A stretch of DNA of 56,860 nt, filler included, from Platydemus manokwari (GCA_037951405.1; 5 parts of 5 records of this genome joined end to end with filler, not necessarily neighbours in it); one strand, 5' to 3'; shown: positions 1-13,818, counted from the first letter of the whole stretch. The notes: generated from the sequence alone by a model not told the origin. A program made the numbers and translations.

Positions 1-189
1 TTAACATGCAAATCCCTTAATATCTCCAAACAAGAAATATATGACTTATACCACTTTCATAATCAAGGGCACAATTTATTAATCACTGAACGGTTAACTA
101 CAGTCATTTTGAAGTATTAAATCCAGGATTATCCTAACTTTTATCAATGCTGTCATTCTCACAGTATTAATTTTAATAGATTCGAGATT

Positions 190-660
190 TTAATAATGTC
201 GAGAAATAATGATGTGGCACAATCCATGACTTGTCCAAGCGCTCATGTCGATTGACACGTGTCATCTTGAATCATTTGGTTCAAACAGTCTTCATCAAAG
301 TCACTCAGTCGGTTTGACCTAGGTGCATCGATTAAGTCAAAATTTCCAATGTTAAATTTCGAAAACCACTTTGTGCTGTTTGTTTACTGACTGCCTTTTC
401 TCCATAAACGCAACAAATCATTCTGATGGCTTGTGCAGTGTTTAAATGTTGATTAAAATAGAAAAGGAGTTGATGACGGAAATTTTCATTTTGATCTACC
501 TGACACTTCATTTAATGAGGGTAATGAAAGTGAAAAATAGTTTAAAATGATTCAAATAGATAATTCAGCTGAATGCGTATAACTCAAATCAGTTAAAACA
601 AGAAGTTGGTGTGTTTTCTTTGCAACAAATAAAACCACACGAATTTCCAACACCAACCTA
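190..660 (-). mobile_element. Mariner transposon remnant: 5' TIR plus degenerate N-terminal (HTH) transposase region
   Basis: The minus strand reads ICCVYGEKAVSKQTAQ/WFSKFNIGNFDLIDAPRSNRLSDFDEDCLNQMIQDDTCQST*ALGQVMDC (one frameshift, one stop). This matches the mariner pattern IC.VYGE.A...TA.WF.RF..G.FDL.D.PRSGRP.DFD. The end at 660 reads TA|TAGGTTGGTG, similar to the Hsmar1/cecropia-type TIR start, with an adjacent TA. Confidence 0.8.
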
Positions 661-1619
661 TATAATAAAATTAATATTTTGAGAGAAATAATAAATTTAA
701 ATCGAATAATATAAATAATATATCAATACAAAATTCAAATGATAATTACCAAAGTTAAGTAAATTTTTAAAAAAAATAATTGAATAATTAATAAACTATC
801 ATTATGTCACGAATTAGAATAAATCATTTAATTAAGAGCATCGAAGCTAAATGATGCATATGGATGAATTAATTAATCATTCTCAGCTAATCATCAAAAG
901 TCAGATTAAATCTATAAAAGACTTCAGATGGGATTAATAATTTCATTTTGATAGAGAGAAAATTAGGCGGATAAAATGATTCATAAGCATTTACGGTACG
1001 AAACGGCTACAAATACGACGACAATCATGATGAGAAACAAATACATAGGTCAGAGTGGAACTTCTGAATGTTAAAACTGAAAATTAGCCCATCGGTATCT
1101 AATGTTGAGGTAATAAACTTAATCGATTACTTGAGAACGAAAAATTGTAACTCGGAATTTGATTTCGAGCTTTAAAGAGAATAGGACAATAATCATTTGA
1201 AGTAAAATATTGATTTAGTCTCAAACTAAGTGAAGGTTTATTTTAAAAGTTTATTTATTTTTAAAGTTCTTAAGTTCTAGTCTTCTTTTAGTATTCAAAT
1301 ATGGGGTAAATTTTGAGTACGTTTGTGTGTTTTATTGTTTTGATTTAAGAACAAATAATTTGTATTTAATTTTGCTTGATATTGGCATTTAGTGAATAAG
1401 CTATGAGCGTAAAATTGAGACTGATAGTAGTAACCAGAGTTGATATTGAAATTGATAGTTGTTATTCGAAATTTTGCTCTAATATGTCTACGCTATTGAG
1501 TAGAGGTAAAGTACATTTAATATAGATACCAGGACCCAATATTATTATGAAAAAATTAAATTTAAATTTAACTGAATTTTAAAAATCCAATTTAAAATGA
1601 TTTTGAGAATTCTTCCTAG

Positions 1620-2760
1620 GCGGAATATTGAAGTCTTTCTGGTGAGAATCAAAAGGAAAAAACTGATGTCTGATACTCAGGTGGAGAGATAACATTAAGA
1701 GAGTATGACGGTTGGATCTGGTTGGAAGTTTCATTCCTATTGAAGAAGTTGGAGACATTTTTAAGAACTACGCAAAGCATTTGATGCAATTACAGCTGAA
1801 TTTTTGAAGTGTCAATGGCAAATTTAAATTTTAGATTATTGGATCTAGAATGTTGGTTTAGAAAAAGAGCAAGAATTACAGGCTATGAGATATGAAAAGA
1901 ATCACTGGAGTTTCAAGTGTTTACATGGTGTTTTCTTAAAAACACGGGAAGTCAGAAGATGTGGAGGTTAGAAATCTCATGGCAAATCACACAAAAGCAA
2001 AAGAAAAAGCATAGGTAAAATTGATGAGGTTCGAGAAAGTGGAAATATTGTTATGTGTTTTTTATTTTTAGATTTACATGAAATTGATGATGAAGTGGAA
2101 GTTAAATCGATATGTCCTTCACTGAGATTGTTATCTAAGGTGGTGTTTGGAGGTGGAGACATTTTGAAGACAATTCAATAGGACGACGAGTTGGTAGGAG
2201 GTTATTGATAGAGGGGTTTTGGATACACAAACCAAGTGTAGTGGTGCAGTCATTAGTATTATTGTCAAGAGGAACCAAATGCAGATTTAGCAAAGCAAAG
2301 AAATGAAGTTTACTGTTTAATAAACTAGTACAAATATTAATAGCATTAAAAATGGTTGATAATAAGAATAATAACTTGTACTATTTTATAAAAGTTAATA
2401 TTAGAGTCTCTTGTAAGAAAGTGAAACATTTTATCTCTTTTTCTAGAGTAATTATTAATTTTGGAGTTACTAATGGCATTATTATTAGAGCTACTTTCAA
2501 TATAACGGTTATTTTACCTGCATTAGAAATTATATTAGTCTTATTGCGGTTAATTTGAGTATTAGATTTGTTTTTAAAATTAGGAGATTTATTAAAAGAT
2601 TTTACTGTATTGTTTAAAGTATTATTATTATTAAATGTGTTAAAATTATTGATAGAATAATTATTATCAGACGTTAGGACTTCGTTATTTAGATTATTAG
2701 TTGATTTATTAGTAAAATATTTAGGATTTAGTAAGTAAAATATAAAATAAATTAATCAAA
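1620..2760 (-). mobile_element. Possible degenerate 5' part of an RLE-type non-LTR retrotransposon (Asn-rich region followed by decayed C2H2 fingers)
   Basis: An Asn-rich low-complexity stretch (about 2340-2740) is followed by finger-like remnants LLCDLP*DF*PPHLLTSRVLRKHH and IACNSCSF. The motif ggagacattttNaaga occurs at about 1751 and about 2155. There are many stops and the boundaries are approximate. Confidence 0.3.
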
Positions 2761-2899
2761 AATTGCTAAATCGAGCTTCGATTCTTTCTGAGCCTCTAGC
2801 TCGAAACTCTGGCATACGATAAGGGGACTAAAGAATGTACTGGCACTAATCTTGAAGGATTAAGATTTTAGTATGTTTTGATCAATCAAAGTAACCTTA

Positions 2900-3500
2900 A
2901 CTACGAGTGTGGGAAACTCTTTGCTGATCCAAATTGCCAAATTTTGTTTTATGCTAAAATGCATTCTTTTGGCCATGTTACCTTGGATCCATGACTTATA
3001 CCGATCATTATGGACACTGATGACAGGTCATTAAAGAACATATTTTGTGGATAACGAAGCAAGAGGTCATTTCGAATACAATGGTTTTTTGGAATAATCT
3101 CGATGAGTCTTTAGTGGAAGTTCGTTTGGAAGCAAGACATCTAGATAATTGTTATCTCTGTGCTCATTTTATGGGGTTTTGTCTAATTTTACCAAATGGG
3201 ACGTCACCTATGTGATGAAAAAGTAGTTTTTCTTTTTGTGAATGACCAATGCGAGATTCCTGCACAAAAATACACATGGACATGGCGGCTGATGAATTCA
3301 ATCGACTATAATGTTCATATTTAGAGTTAATTTCATTAACAAAATACCAGTACATCTTCTAATGGAGATTTCGAGTCACAATCCAGAGAAGGTAATCGTG
3401 AGATTGGAAATGAAAGACATGGTAGCTAAATTTCGGCTAATTAGTCATTTTTGGTCATGTCGTATTTCAACCTACCGAAAGTATTTCGAATTCCTTGGTT
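2900..3500 (-). mobile_element. Possible BEL/Pao-like gag remnant
   Basis: PCPCVF/CAG.SHWSF (across a frameshift) resembles the C.FC...HW knuckle of BEL/Pao gag. The region is heavily decayed. Confidence 0.2.
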
Positions 3501-5022
3501 TTCTAATTTTCAAAATTTCGCATTGGAAAATTTAATTTGCATTCTTGTGCAATACATCATTCATTGATTTTTGCGACTCTGACAATACAAAAGTAAATCG
3601 TGAAAATTTGCACTGACCTTCGCACTTTATATAATGTAGAAAGCAGTAAACAAATTTCACCGTCCTACGAGGTTTTAGCAATACAAAAAGTGGTTATCAA
3701 TATTCAAGCATTTTAGGAAGAAAATCTCAAAAAAATTTAAACGAAACACAAATCAATCAGTTTGAGAGTCAGCTTAGATCAGACGAAAATCATCCACAAT
3801 CCTGAAATTATCTGTTCGAGTTACTGAGTACTGAGAGATATTGCTATTTGCTATTGGGCAATACAAAATACAAGGCTAGAATTATCTACCGAATGACACT
3901 GACTTTCGAGCCTTTGGTAGAGATCAATCATCACGAATTTCGAACTTTAAACAAAACCGAAAATGGTAATTCAACTCACTATTATTGAATATTGAACTAA
4001 GAATTGTCAATAAAACGTTTAATGATCAACTACAGTCCTCTTCAACACAAAATCCAAATCTCAAACTTACGAAAATTTTATTGTGTATTGTTTGTTTTAA
4101 ATCCCAATGTATTATTGTATTGAACAATAAATTCTTACTCATTGTCGCGTTCCTGATAAGTCGATATGTATGTGAGTATAATAATGCTTGAGATGAGGGT
4201 ATTAAGCTGATGTAAAATTTACATTTTTCTTAGCCATTTTTCTTTGTATTTAATTCACAATTTGAATGTTCTTTTAAATATAAATAAAAATAAAACATTT
4301 CCGCAGAAAATTTCTTTACGTTTTTTATCAACTGAGATTCTAAATAATAATTATTATTATTATTAATTATAGTGACAATTCCCTNNNNNNNNNNCTGAAC
4401 ATTATAAAAATTAAATATCGAATTTAAAAAATATATAGTTTCCGCTGGCAGGCATTTTATTGATTATGATTGCTTTGCGTTTATCATTTTAAGAAATTTT
4501 CTGAATTAATGATTTATTATGTATTCTACAACTGATTAATGTCATTACTTAGCATTGCTAGTTCGATATTTTATAAAAATTTATTAACAAATGTATATAT
4601 AAAGTTAATTAATATTAATAACCTAATTAGTTATGTAATTTTTCGACTGCAAAGTTGAAATTGTAGAAATTTAATACTACTTTTTCAAGAAAAGAGATCT
4701 GTAGATATCAAAAATTCAAGTTACTCATGTAAAGTGAAACTTCAACATTGGTGAAACTTAATTAAACTGAAACGCTTGATTAAAATATAAATTTAACAAA
4801 TAAATAATTTTTAATGACCAAATAAGAATGCACTTGTATTATGTTATAAACGTAATATTTTTGAAATGAAAATTTAATTTTGTATTATTATAATTATCAA
4901 CACCATGACATTGTTAAATATTTTAGAAATTAAAATAAAGAAAATATTCGTAATTTTCAAATTAATGAAATCAAATTAAAATCACAACAATAATGATCAC
5001 TAAATTTTGTCCACTAAACGTC

Positions 5023-5937
5023 CTATCCCGTACTGGTGTTTGGATTCACTTTCGACCGAAAATTAGGAGCAAACAGCCGAACGAAGGCTACTCGCCGTGA
5101 ACGCATGGTAATCATACAGATTATTGGGTTCAAACAAATACTAAGTAGTTGGAGCATCACGGCTATCTCTTGTAAGGGACCATAGTACACATACTCCACC
5201 AGCCCAAGTGAACTAAGAAAGTAATAAGTCGGTTCAAGAGGAAAGAAAATCATGAATTGCATCGTGATTATTATTGCAGTAATTGTAAGTAATGTTTTTG
5301 CTTTGCGGTCTTCATTGTTTGTATTGGCGACATCGGATTTCTTTGTGAGTTGTCTGGTGACTTTAGAATAAATCGTGATAAAAATTAGTGCCGGTAAGAA
5401 ATAGAAAAACGAATACCAAAAAGTGGCATAAATAACCTTGTGCACGTTGTAATATGTCGGCTCAAACAGTGGGTTACCTGTACATGTATTGTTTTCGTAT
5501 TTCTTGTCAAATCCTGTCGGAATGACTAGTAAAATACTGATTATTATAATTGATATTTCGCTTATAATCACGAGTAATTTCTGCTTGCTTAAATATGTGA
5601 TAGCTTTCAGTACTGCGATATATCTATCTATTGCCAACCACACCAATGTCTGTACACTGGCCATCATTGGTATCCAATAGATGACTTGACTGGTCCATAA
5701 ATGGCAAATGAATATATCGAAATACATTGATGATGATCCGGGATAGGCAGGAAGATATCTGCACGAAATATACAATACTGACGACGTAAAATCATATATC
5801 GATTGAGTACTTAATAATATCGATGTAAGTTTGGACTTCAGTGGTACTTTCCATAATGTTAACGTGAAGATAAAATTTCCAAACAATCCAATGATGACGA
5901 AAATTAGTTGAAAAACATTTGTTGTTGTGAACACCAT
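5023..5937 (-). CDS. Intronless class A (rhodopsin-like) orphan GPCR, 304 aa
   Basis: ATG at 5937; the ORF-track TTG start at 5946 is unlikely in a eukaryote. There are seven hydrophobic segments: TM1 GLFGN, TM2 QSIYDF, TM3 ICHLWTSQVIYW...LAIDRYIAV, ECL2 Cys (ENNTC), TM5 YFLP, TM7 LNPIIC. Confidence 0.92.
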   Translation of the reverse strand: MVFTTTNVFQLIFVIIGLFGNFIFTLTLWKVPLKSKLTSILLSTQSIYDFTSSVLYISCRYLPAYPGSSSMYFDIFICHLWTSQVIYWIPMMASVQTLVWLAIDRYIAVLKAITYLSKQKLLVIISEISIIIISILLVIPTGFDKKYENNTCTGNPLFEPTYYNVHKVIYATFWYSFFYFLPALIFITIYSKVTRQLTKKSDVANTNNEDRKAKTLLTITAIIITMQFMIFFPLEPTYYFLSSLGLVEYVYYGPLQEIAVMLQLLSICLNPIICMITMRSRRVAFVRLFAPNFRSKVNPNTSTG

Positions 5938-7499
5938 TTTCAGCAATTTCTTTGTTTAAAAAATTCTTATTTATATTATAATATTCAACTTTGATTGGAT
6001 AATTTGAAATATTAATTGTAAATTGGTTTTCGTATGAAAACTGATGCCAAAATAGCCCGATAATTTTCACTAATTGGCCCCACTGATTGTGAGAAAATAT
6101 ATGCTATTATTACGATCATAATTACCACAAAATGTACAGAAATTGAGAAGATTTATGTTTCGAATTGTTTGAACCCAATTACTGTTAATTAATTAATGCA
6201 TTTGATTATCCCTAACAACTGAAAATTGTGAAATAATTTATTCTATTTTTATTGTTATAATTTACTTACTAACTTTCCATTTTTATTTTGATTAAATGAA
6301 ATCCAAATGATTCCACAACAATATTTCCAATAAACAGAATCTTCTATAAAATCTAACTTGGCATACATATATATATAGGAAAGGANNNNNNNNNNNNNNN
6401 NNNNNNNNNNNNNNNNNNNNNNNNNNNNNNNNNNNNNNNNNNNNNNNNNNNNNNNNNNNNNNNNNNNNNNNNNNNNNNNNNNNNNNNNNNNNNNNNNNNN
6501 NNNNNNNNNNNNNNNNNNNNNNNNNNNNNNNNNNNNNNNNNNNNNNNNNNNNNNNNNNNNNNNNNNNNNNNNNNAGAGAGAGACATAGGTAGATAGATAA
6601 ATAGATGACCAGCGGGTGATACTGGATTTGCTTATTGAAGAAGAAACTTGGATAAAGCTTCAAAGTTTGGACAGAAATATATTTCTGTCATAGAGTTTGC
6701 AGTTTTAACTCATAATTACTAATTGATTAATGAATCTAATGTCAGCAGGCCTCCATTTTTATAAAAATATATTTACACAATAATACAATAATAAAGACAG
6801 ATATGTAAATAAAAATATTAGATATCGTTTATATATAAAATTTAATTAAATGATAATCATTTCTTACATGATTCTGGTTTGACTACTCAACATGCTTGAC
6901 AGGATTTGATGCATTCAAAGATTAACATCAATAGCAATTAAAATAAGTAAATTATTGAAAAATTTTAAAATGTCTAATCAACCATGAAAAGGGAGTTGGG
7001 ATTTTTGTAGTTTATAAATTGTTGAGGAGATTTTATTAATGGAAATATAATATTTTAAGGAATTTAATTAATCTAATGTAATAATGATGTAATTGTGTAT
7101 TTATTTCCATTATGAATTAATCCTTAAATTAAAATTTTAAATTAGAAATAATAATTTAGTATAAAAATTTCATTTTTTAATTCGTAAATTATTTTTTCAT
7201 GTTTCAAAACATTATTCATTTGATCCACCTTCTCTGAATATTTCTAATAAAGATTTATCTTTGATTCAGTAATGACTTCCCTTATTCATCGAATTTCTTC
7301 GCCTTGGATTTTCAAATTAAAACATCAAATCAACTTCAGTAAATATTTTCATCGAAATTATTATTATAATAAATACAATGACAAGAAAAAAATTTTTTAC
7401 AAACTATCAAAACACATTCAATACAATGCGGACTCAAATTTAATGTAACATTCAAATACCGATGAAATAATTTAAACAAAAAGTTTTGCACTGAAATTT

Positions 7500-7850
7500 G
7501 TCAATGCCATCAGAATATATTTTTAATTGCGGCTCATTTGCATTCCAGTTGTTTATTATCGTGATCTTTCAAATCTTTGTTCATTGAACTGTGGCGTGTG
7601 ATTTCTGTACTGCATAAATATCTATGTGTTCTGGATTGATGAGGCTTTTTGAATGCTTATCAGTGTATTTTATTGCGTTTGTGTACTGTCAGCTTATTAT
7701 TTCTCTATTGTATTAATTCTGTACTCTAATATTTACATCATTATTCGGATAAATACTCGCTTGAATCGAATTATTAACATATGTATCAGTCTCCCAGATA
7801 ATTCATATTATGCTTGGTAATCCCAAAGTTTTCTACATATGATCAATTAA
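7500..7850 (-). mobile_element. Possible 3' remnant of a CR1/L2-like LINE
   Basis: Minus-strand fragments LGLPSI and IINNWNA resemble the C-terminal L.L.SL..RR and RV...WN.LP motifs. They are degenerate. Confidence 0.25.
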
Positions 7851-9362
7851 TTATTCTATTCCACTCCTTTATTTTTGTTATTCATAATGAAAAATTAAAC
7901 AATCTAATAAATGAAAATAGAATTTTTTATATAAAATATTTTATTGATTGGTACCACAGATTTTTCAAACGATTTCTCGCTCATAAAGCAACAACGAAAT
8001 TTAAAAACTATCGATTTACCATTTTGTTCATGTACTTCTAAACTCAAAAATAGAGCAATTTAAAAATTCTGCTTAATAAATTGCTTAGAATCGAAATGTT
8101 TCATTAACAAGTCAATTATCTGAGTTGTTTGGTTTTTTTTCAATTCCCTTAACGATTCCTCATAATAAAAATTGTGAACTTCGTAATATCAATATCAATA
8201 ATTCTGTTACACTTAATTCAATGTAACTAGTTATTCGAATAAAACGGATATGTGTCGTTGATCCAAATACAAGTAAACATTAAGTAATGTTAGTTCTCTC
8301 TTTGTCGTGTAATTATTTTCTCGTTGGTTGCCACGCTGTCAATGATAAGCAATCGTTATGTCCACAAATTTTGCTCCTCAATAAATAATTTCAATTTTTG
8401 GTTTCATTTTTCTAAAAATTTTTACTCTATGGTGAGTGTTGACTTACTCATGGAGCTCATTTGATTGCAACCGTTTTTGTGATCTCTGCATAAGTAAAAT
8501 TGCTTAGAGTATCAAATAAGAAGAAAACAGAACTCTTTGAACCAAATTCCTATTCCGTTACACTACCGTTTATACCAGTTTTTGTATTTGTAAGAAATCT
8601 TTATAGGATTTATATCATACGTGTCAAATAAAAATTAAAGCTTTTCTAATTTTCTAATGACTTATCAAACCACTGACGTGTTTAATAATATCACATTAAT
8701 TATGCTTATGAAATAATTGGGATAAAACTAAAGCACTTCTCCATTTGCTTCTAATGCTAAAAAAGATGTAATCACTAATTTTATTTTATTTACAAACTGA
8801 CCAACTCTATTTAATTTATTTAATTTTTGATTTCAAGTCACTAAAATTCTTTTCATAAAGTTAAATAAAAAATTCAAATTTTAATGAATATTATACTTCA
8901 TATTGTTTGCAATACATTCAACAAATTGAAAATTTTAATTTTATTATCGATTTTCCTAATTTTAACCAAAAAACCAATATTATTTATTCCTATCATAATA
9001 AGTGATGTTCAAATCAAAGTACATTTAAATAATGAAATGTATTTTTATTAGTAAATATTATTAGCTACTATTTTTTATTTCCTGCAAAAAATGTTTTGTT
9101 TCTCCATAGAATATTTGTGAAAAGTAGACAAAATGTATGTCGTGATTATCGAAACAATAATTATTTTTGATTTATGTGACATCGTACGGAGAAAGTACCT
9201 GAATTCCTAAATTCTTCGTAGAGTTCTTTCAATTAATTGCCACTTATGTTCATTATTATATAAATCGAAATGAAAAAAATTATTCACTTTAGTGGATAAC
9301 ACAAATATTTTTTCTGTTATTTTCTTGTTCAGAGTTGGTTAGGATGTTTTATTTCATATCGA

Positions 9363-9905
9363 TGTTGGGTATTATAATCAATGATATAAACCTGAAAATT
9401 ATGTTGACCAAAATGTTACAACAATCTCAATCACAACAACTACATGTAAACCTCTTTTATAATCAACGATAGTCTATCACACAAGATGGGATCAGCACCC
9501 AAAAGTCAAAGACACAATAGAAAACAACCAAAAAGACTGGTCACTGAAAATCTTGTAAAGATAAGATTAATACACAAGTTACCGACCAATCAAGACTGAC
9601 CTTTACTCATGGAAACCAATTTCTTTTATAGATCTTTTGGGTGTGTCGGCTTGATGACAGGGATCTTCGTTTGTCATTTGCTGAAATCGTTCGTAGATCG
9701 GTACGCTTGGAATTTTCATCGTATCTCTTATGCTATTGGCAGATATTTGAATTTACTGCCATTTGTGCCTGTCGATTCTTAGCTTCTGAATATGGATTAA
9801 TATTAAAATAAACGTGTGCTTATCGGATATATGGGTGTTGACCCTTTTCAGGGTTATTTCCTTGGTTCTTGTAACCCTTTTGGTTAATTTGTGATTTATC
9901 CAACA
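9363..9905. mobile_element. Candidate solo LTR
   Basis: Inverted termini TGTTGG(9363)...CCAACA(9905) enclose about 540 bp with higher GC than the flanks. No matching TSD was found. Confidence 0.3.
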
Positions 9906-11199
9906 TAAATTTTATTAGGCTTGTCTAAACTGTTTTGATGTCATATTATATTTCAATCCATATGAGCTCTGTAAACTTGAAAATGATTTAGTTTCAAGTT
10001 AGAATTCAATTAAACATGAGTCTTTGTTAACAAGAATCCAATTTACCAGAACAGAAAAACTAACGCAAATTGTTTAAATATATTCTATTGATTTTCTAAC
10101 TTAAAAAATGGTGAACGCCAATGTGAAAATTTTACGGATTTTATAAATGGCAACAGATTGTGAAATTGTATTTATTTCTCGACACTCCCATTGGTAATAT
10201 AACTTTATATTCTGTTCTACATGGGGCTCTTTCAGTTTTTCAATTTGAATTATGTGATGCTCCAATATCATTAAGATCAATATATTATTTACCCTTTATT
10301 TTACCAATTAAAATCAGAAAGAAACATCTTTTTAATTCAAAATTCCTAAATAAATAATAATCACAAAAAAGAGAAGAGTGAATTAATCCATCGATTACAC
10401 AGATCTCTTTGTTTTGCTTATGATAAATAAACTATACGGAAGACGCTGAAGTTACTGATTCGATTATTTCAAAAAGAGCTTGATGGAGATTATGATGACC
10501 ATTACTGAAAATAATTGACGAATATTATTTTTCACTAAGGCGAAGTCTGAAATTAATGAAGTTCGTTTTATCCTCATTGTTTAAGTATTCTCTATGGAAC
10601 ATATTAGAAGCTGGTGTAGCAATAATTTATAAATTAGTTACAATACTTGTTATTGGAATATTAAGGTCGATTTGATTATTGAGAGTTTACGTGTGATGTT
10701 AAAATTCAGAAAATAATCCAACAAAATTTGGAACACAATTAGCAAATTGAGACAAACAAAAATTGTTATAAAAGCAAAATAGCTAATAGATGATACAGAC
10801 TCCGTCGATCATCTTTATAAGTGAGTCAAAGATGCACAGCCTGCTGAAATGGAGAAATCCAATAATAAAATGATTAAGTAAATAATGATAATTAACCTTT
10901 ATTGGCTTTTCCAATTATCAGAGTTATCTGTGATTGTGTTATGGATGATTCCATACTTTCTATTGACTTTTTATATTTATTTTTACGGGAATCGATTTCT
11001 CTGTCTCCACTTTATTGGTGGATATTGTTGCAAGAATGATCATATTGATTTTGTCAATTAGACTACCTTAATTGGAGTAGATTCCCAACATATATTTTCG
11101 ATCCAAAATTTTAAATTTTGATCTACTTTAAAAATCAGCCAGAATAAGTTTTGTTTTATTTCGTGAATTCAAGGACTCAAAAAGAAAACAAAAAATACA

Positions 11200-11800
11200 T
11201 TATGCTATGAGTCATGACAAGTAGATAGACCAAATAATAACAGACAGACAAAATTGATAGCACTCAGAATCTATTGAAAAAAAGCCAACGAAAATGGTGG
11301 TAGAAATCAACAAAATCAACAGACAATAATCATGTTGACACACAGAAGAATAGTATAAAAACTGACTACTCAGTCAATTTACCACATATTTTTTTCAGAC
11401 ATTATTTTAAGCATAAGTGTAAATTCAATTATATTATTTTGCAAATGTGCTCAAAGAAATTATAAAAGTTAATCAATCCTTTTTTAATGATTTGTTTTGT
11501 AAAATTATCAAAATGGACGAATGAATAATACGAAAATTGTATGTCTTCCTTACGCCGAACACATTATCGTAATCTCAAAATACCCAGTAGGGTGTTAAAA
11601 TAGTCAACAATTAATGCATAAACGTTGAACAGGTATATTTTAAGATAAAGAAAATCAAATTGATTGCTCTGTAAAAACAAAATTTAAAGTAAACAAGAAC
11701 AAAAATGGAATACAACAAAAATCTATAAAAAGAAGTACCATAAGTTGATATGGATAACCATTATTAGTACTTGGGGCTAAACTTCTCAATCAAGATACGA
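11200..11800 (+). mobile_element. Penelope-like element remnant (RT C-terminus/linker)
   Basis: Fragments LRIY*K/KPT (compare VYRKPT) at about 11262-11290 and IVCLPYAEH (compare ISLPY) at about 11536-11562 are in the expected order. There are many stops. Confidence 0.4.
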
Positions 11801-13460
11801 AATTCAGTAAATAGTCTGTTAGCAGACCTAGTCATACTAACAGAACAACGAAAAAACTCCCATGGCAAAATCTCAATCCATATAACAATTTTTTACAAAG
11901 TAATATTCTTTATCCGAAATTGCTATGTAACATAAGCAAAAGTAGAAGAAATAAACACAATATTTCGAAGTATACTAAAACACTACGAGTTTTGCTCCAT
12001 ACGAAAAAATACTCAGAAAGTAATAGAAAGTATATCATTTTATCATATAATAGTGATGTAGGTCATTAGTAATAACATATAAAAATTATACTAAAATTTT
12101 TATGTAAAACATGGCTTTCAAGTTATTGGTGAAATAGCTGCTTTATTGTCTAAAAGTTTGTCTTTTTGTTTGATTTAAATTCAGTTCATTACGTTTCTAA
12201 AAAAGTAATTGTAAATATTTGATCTTCAAAAATAAATATTTATGTAAGAAAAAACTAAAGCATATACTTCCAACAAAAAGCTACTAAAGAAAATTGTACT
12301 GCCATTCGAAATAAAGATTTTACATTTGCATCACTAATGACAAAAATTTAATTGCACAAGAAAGTCTAATTACGAAGCTCAAGTTGAATTCTATTACAGT
12401 CTATTTGTATCACTTATTGAATTGGAGACCTTCAGAAACACATATGAGGACGAAGTTACACGAAAATTATTGAAATGTCCAAAGGTTGAAACTATAAATT
12501 ATTAACTGCTGCAACAAAAGATTATTTGCCCCGTTGCAGCAAGTTTGACTGATACTAAGCATACACAACAATAAGTTAATATAATTACTACTATTTAGTG
12601 TGCGTGGATTTATAAAAGATATGATAATAAATCGGTTGTTATTTAGGAAAGCAAGAATTCAACAAGATCCAAAAAACACAAAAATTGCTAAAATAAGCAA
12701 CCCGTCACGCAAGTAGATTGTTGCTAAAAGTCCACACGAGGGATATTGGAAAAACAAACAGAGGTCACTATTAATGAAATATTAAATTAATTAATTAATG
12801 GTTTGATTAAGATTAAATGTTAATTATGGTAATGCAACGATTAAATGTAATATAAAATATTCTTACCCTCTATGCACCAATAAACCTTCTTCGATGAGTT
12901 AATATCTTCTTTTAAAGTTAGTATTGATAATCCCTGCTTTATCGTATATTCAAGATTTTTTAATGAGCGAATGTTATAAAATGTTCTGCCTTATATACTG
13001 TTTTCCTATTGATGTATATTTTGTAAATTTTATTTTAAATTTTTATTTAGTCTATAATAGTTTTTCGTTTTTCTGCTTGAGTGTCTGGTTACTATTTTTA
13101 TTTTTTGATAAACTATGTAACAATTTTTACTTCCATTTTTATTCGCTAATTTTTAAATGTGATATTTTATTTTTCTCGCATAACTTATTACTATTTTATT
13201 ATTATCATTTGATTTTCTTTAATTGTTTGTTTAAATACTTCTGATTTTAGAATTCTANNNNNNNNNNNNNNNNNNNNNNNNNNNNNNNNNNNNNNNNNNN
13301 NNNNNNNNNNNNNNNNNNNNNNNNNNNNNNNNNNNNNNNNNNNNNNNNNNNNNNNNNNNNNNNNNNNNNNNNNNNNNNNNNNNNNNNNNNNNNNNNNNNN
13401 NNNNNNNNNNNNNNNNNNNNNNNNNNNNNNNNNNNNNNNNNNNNNNNNNNNNNNNNNAAC

Positions 13461-13670
13461 TACTATTATTATCATTATTATTACTGTCATTATTATAATT
13501 ATTATTGTTTATATTATTATTTTTATTATTATTGCTATTATTATTATTTTTATTATTATTATTTACTTATTATTATTTATTATCATTATTCTTATTACTG
13601 TTATTATTTTTATTATTATTATTTTTGTTATTATTATTACTGTTATTTTTATTATTGTTATTATTATCCT
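13461..13670. repeat. Degenerate (ATT)n microsatellite at the end of segment 1
   Basis: Direct reading; it accounts for the spurious poly-Leu ORF 13505..13726. Confidence 0.9.
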
Positions 13671-13770
13671 NNNNNNNNNNNNNNNNNNNNNNNNNNNNNN
13701 NNNNNNNNNNNNNNTTAATTAATTAANNNNNNNNNNNNNNNNNNNNNNNNNNNNNNNNNNNNNNNNNNNN
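13671..13770. other. Artificial contig spacer 1 (44N-TTAATTAATTAA-44N)
   Basis: Exactly 100 nt; the palindromic core has stop codons in all six frames; identical to the other three spacers. Confidence 0.97.

Positions 13771-13818
<48 letters not shown>

Noticed and set aside
6292-13726. ORF-track entries spanning N gaps or ATT/T-rich tracts (6292..6663, 6353..6586, 12924..13244, 13191..13490, 13505..13726)
   Set aside because: They are artefacts of N runs and low-complexity sequence.
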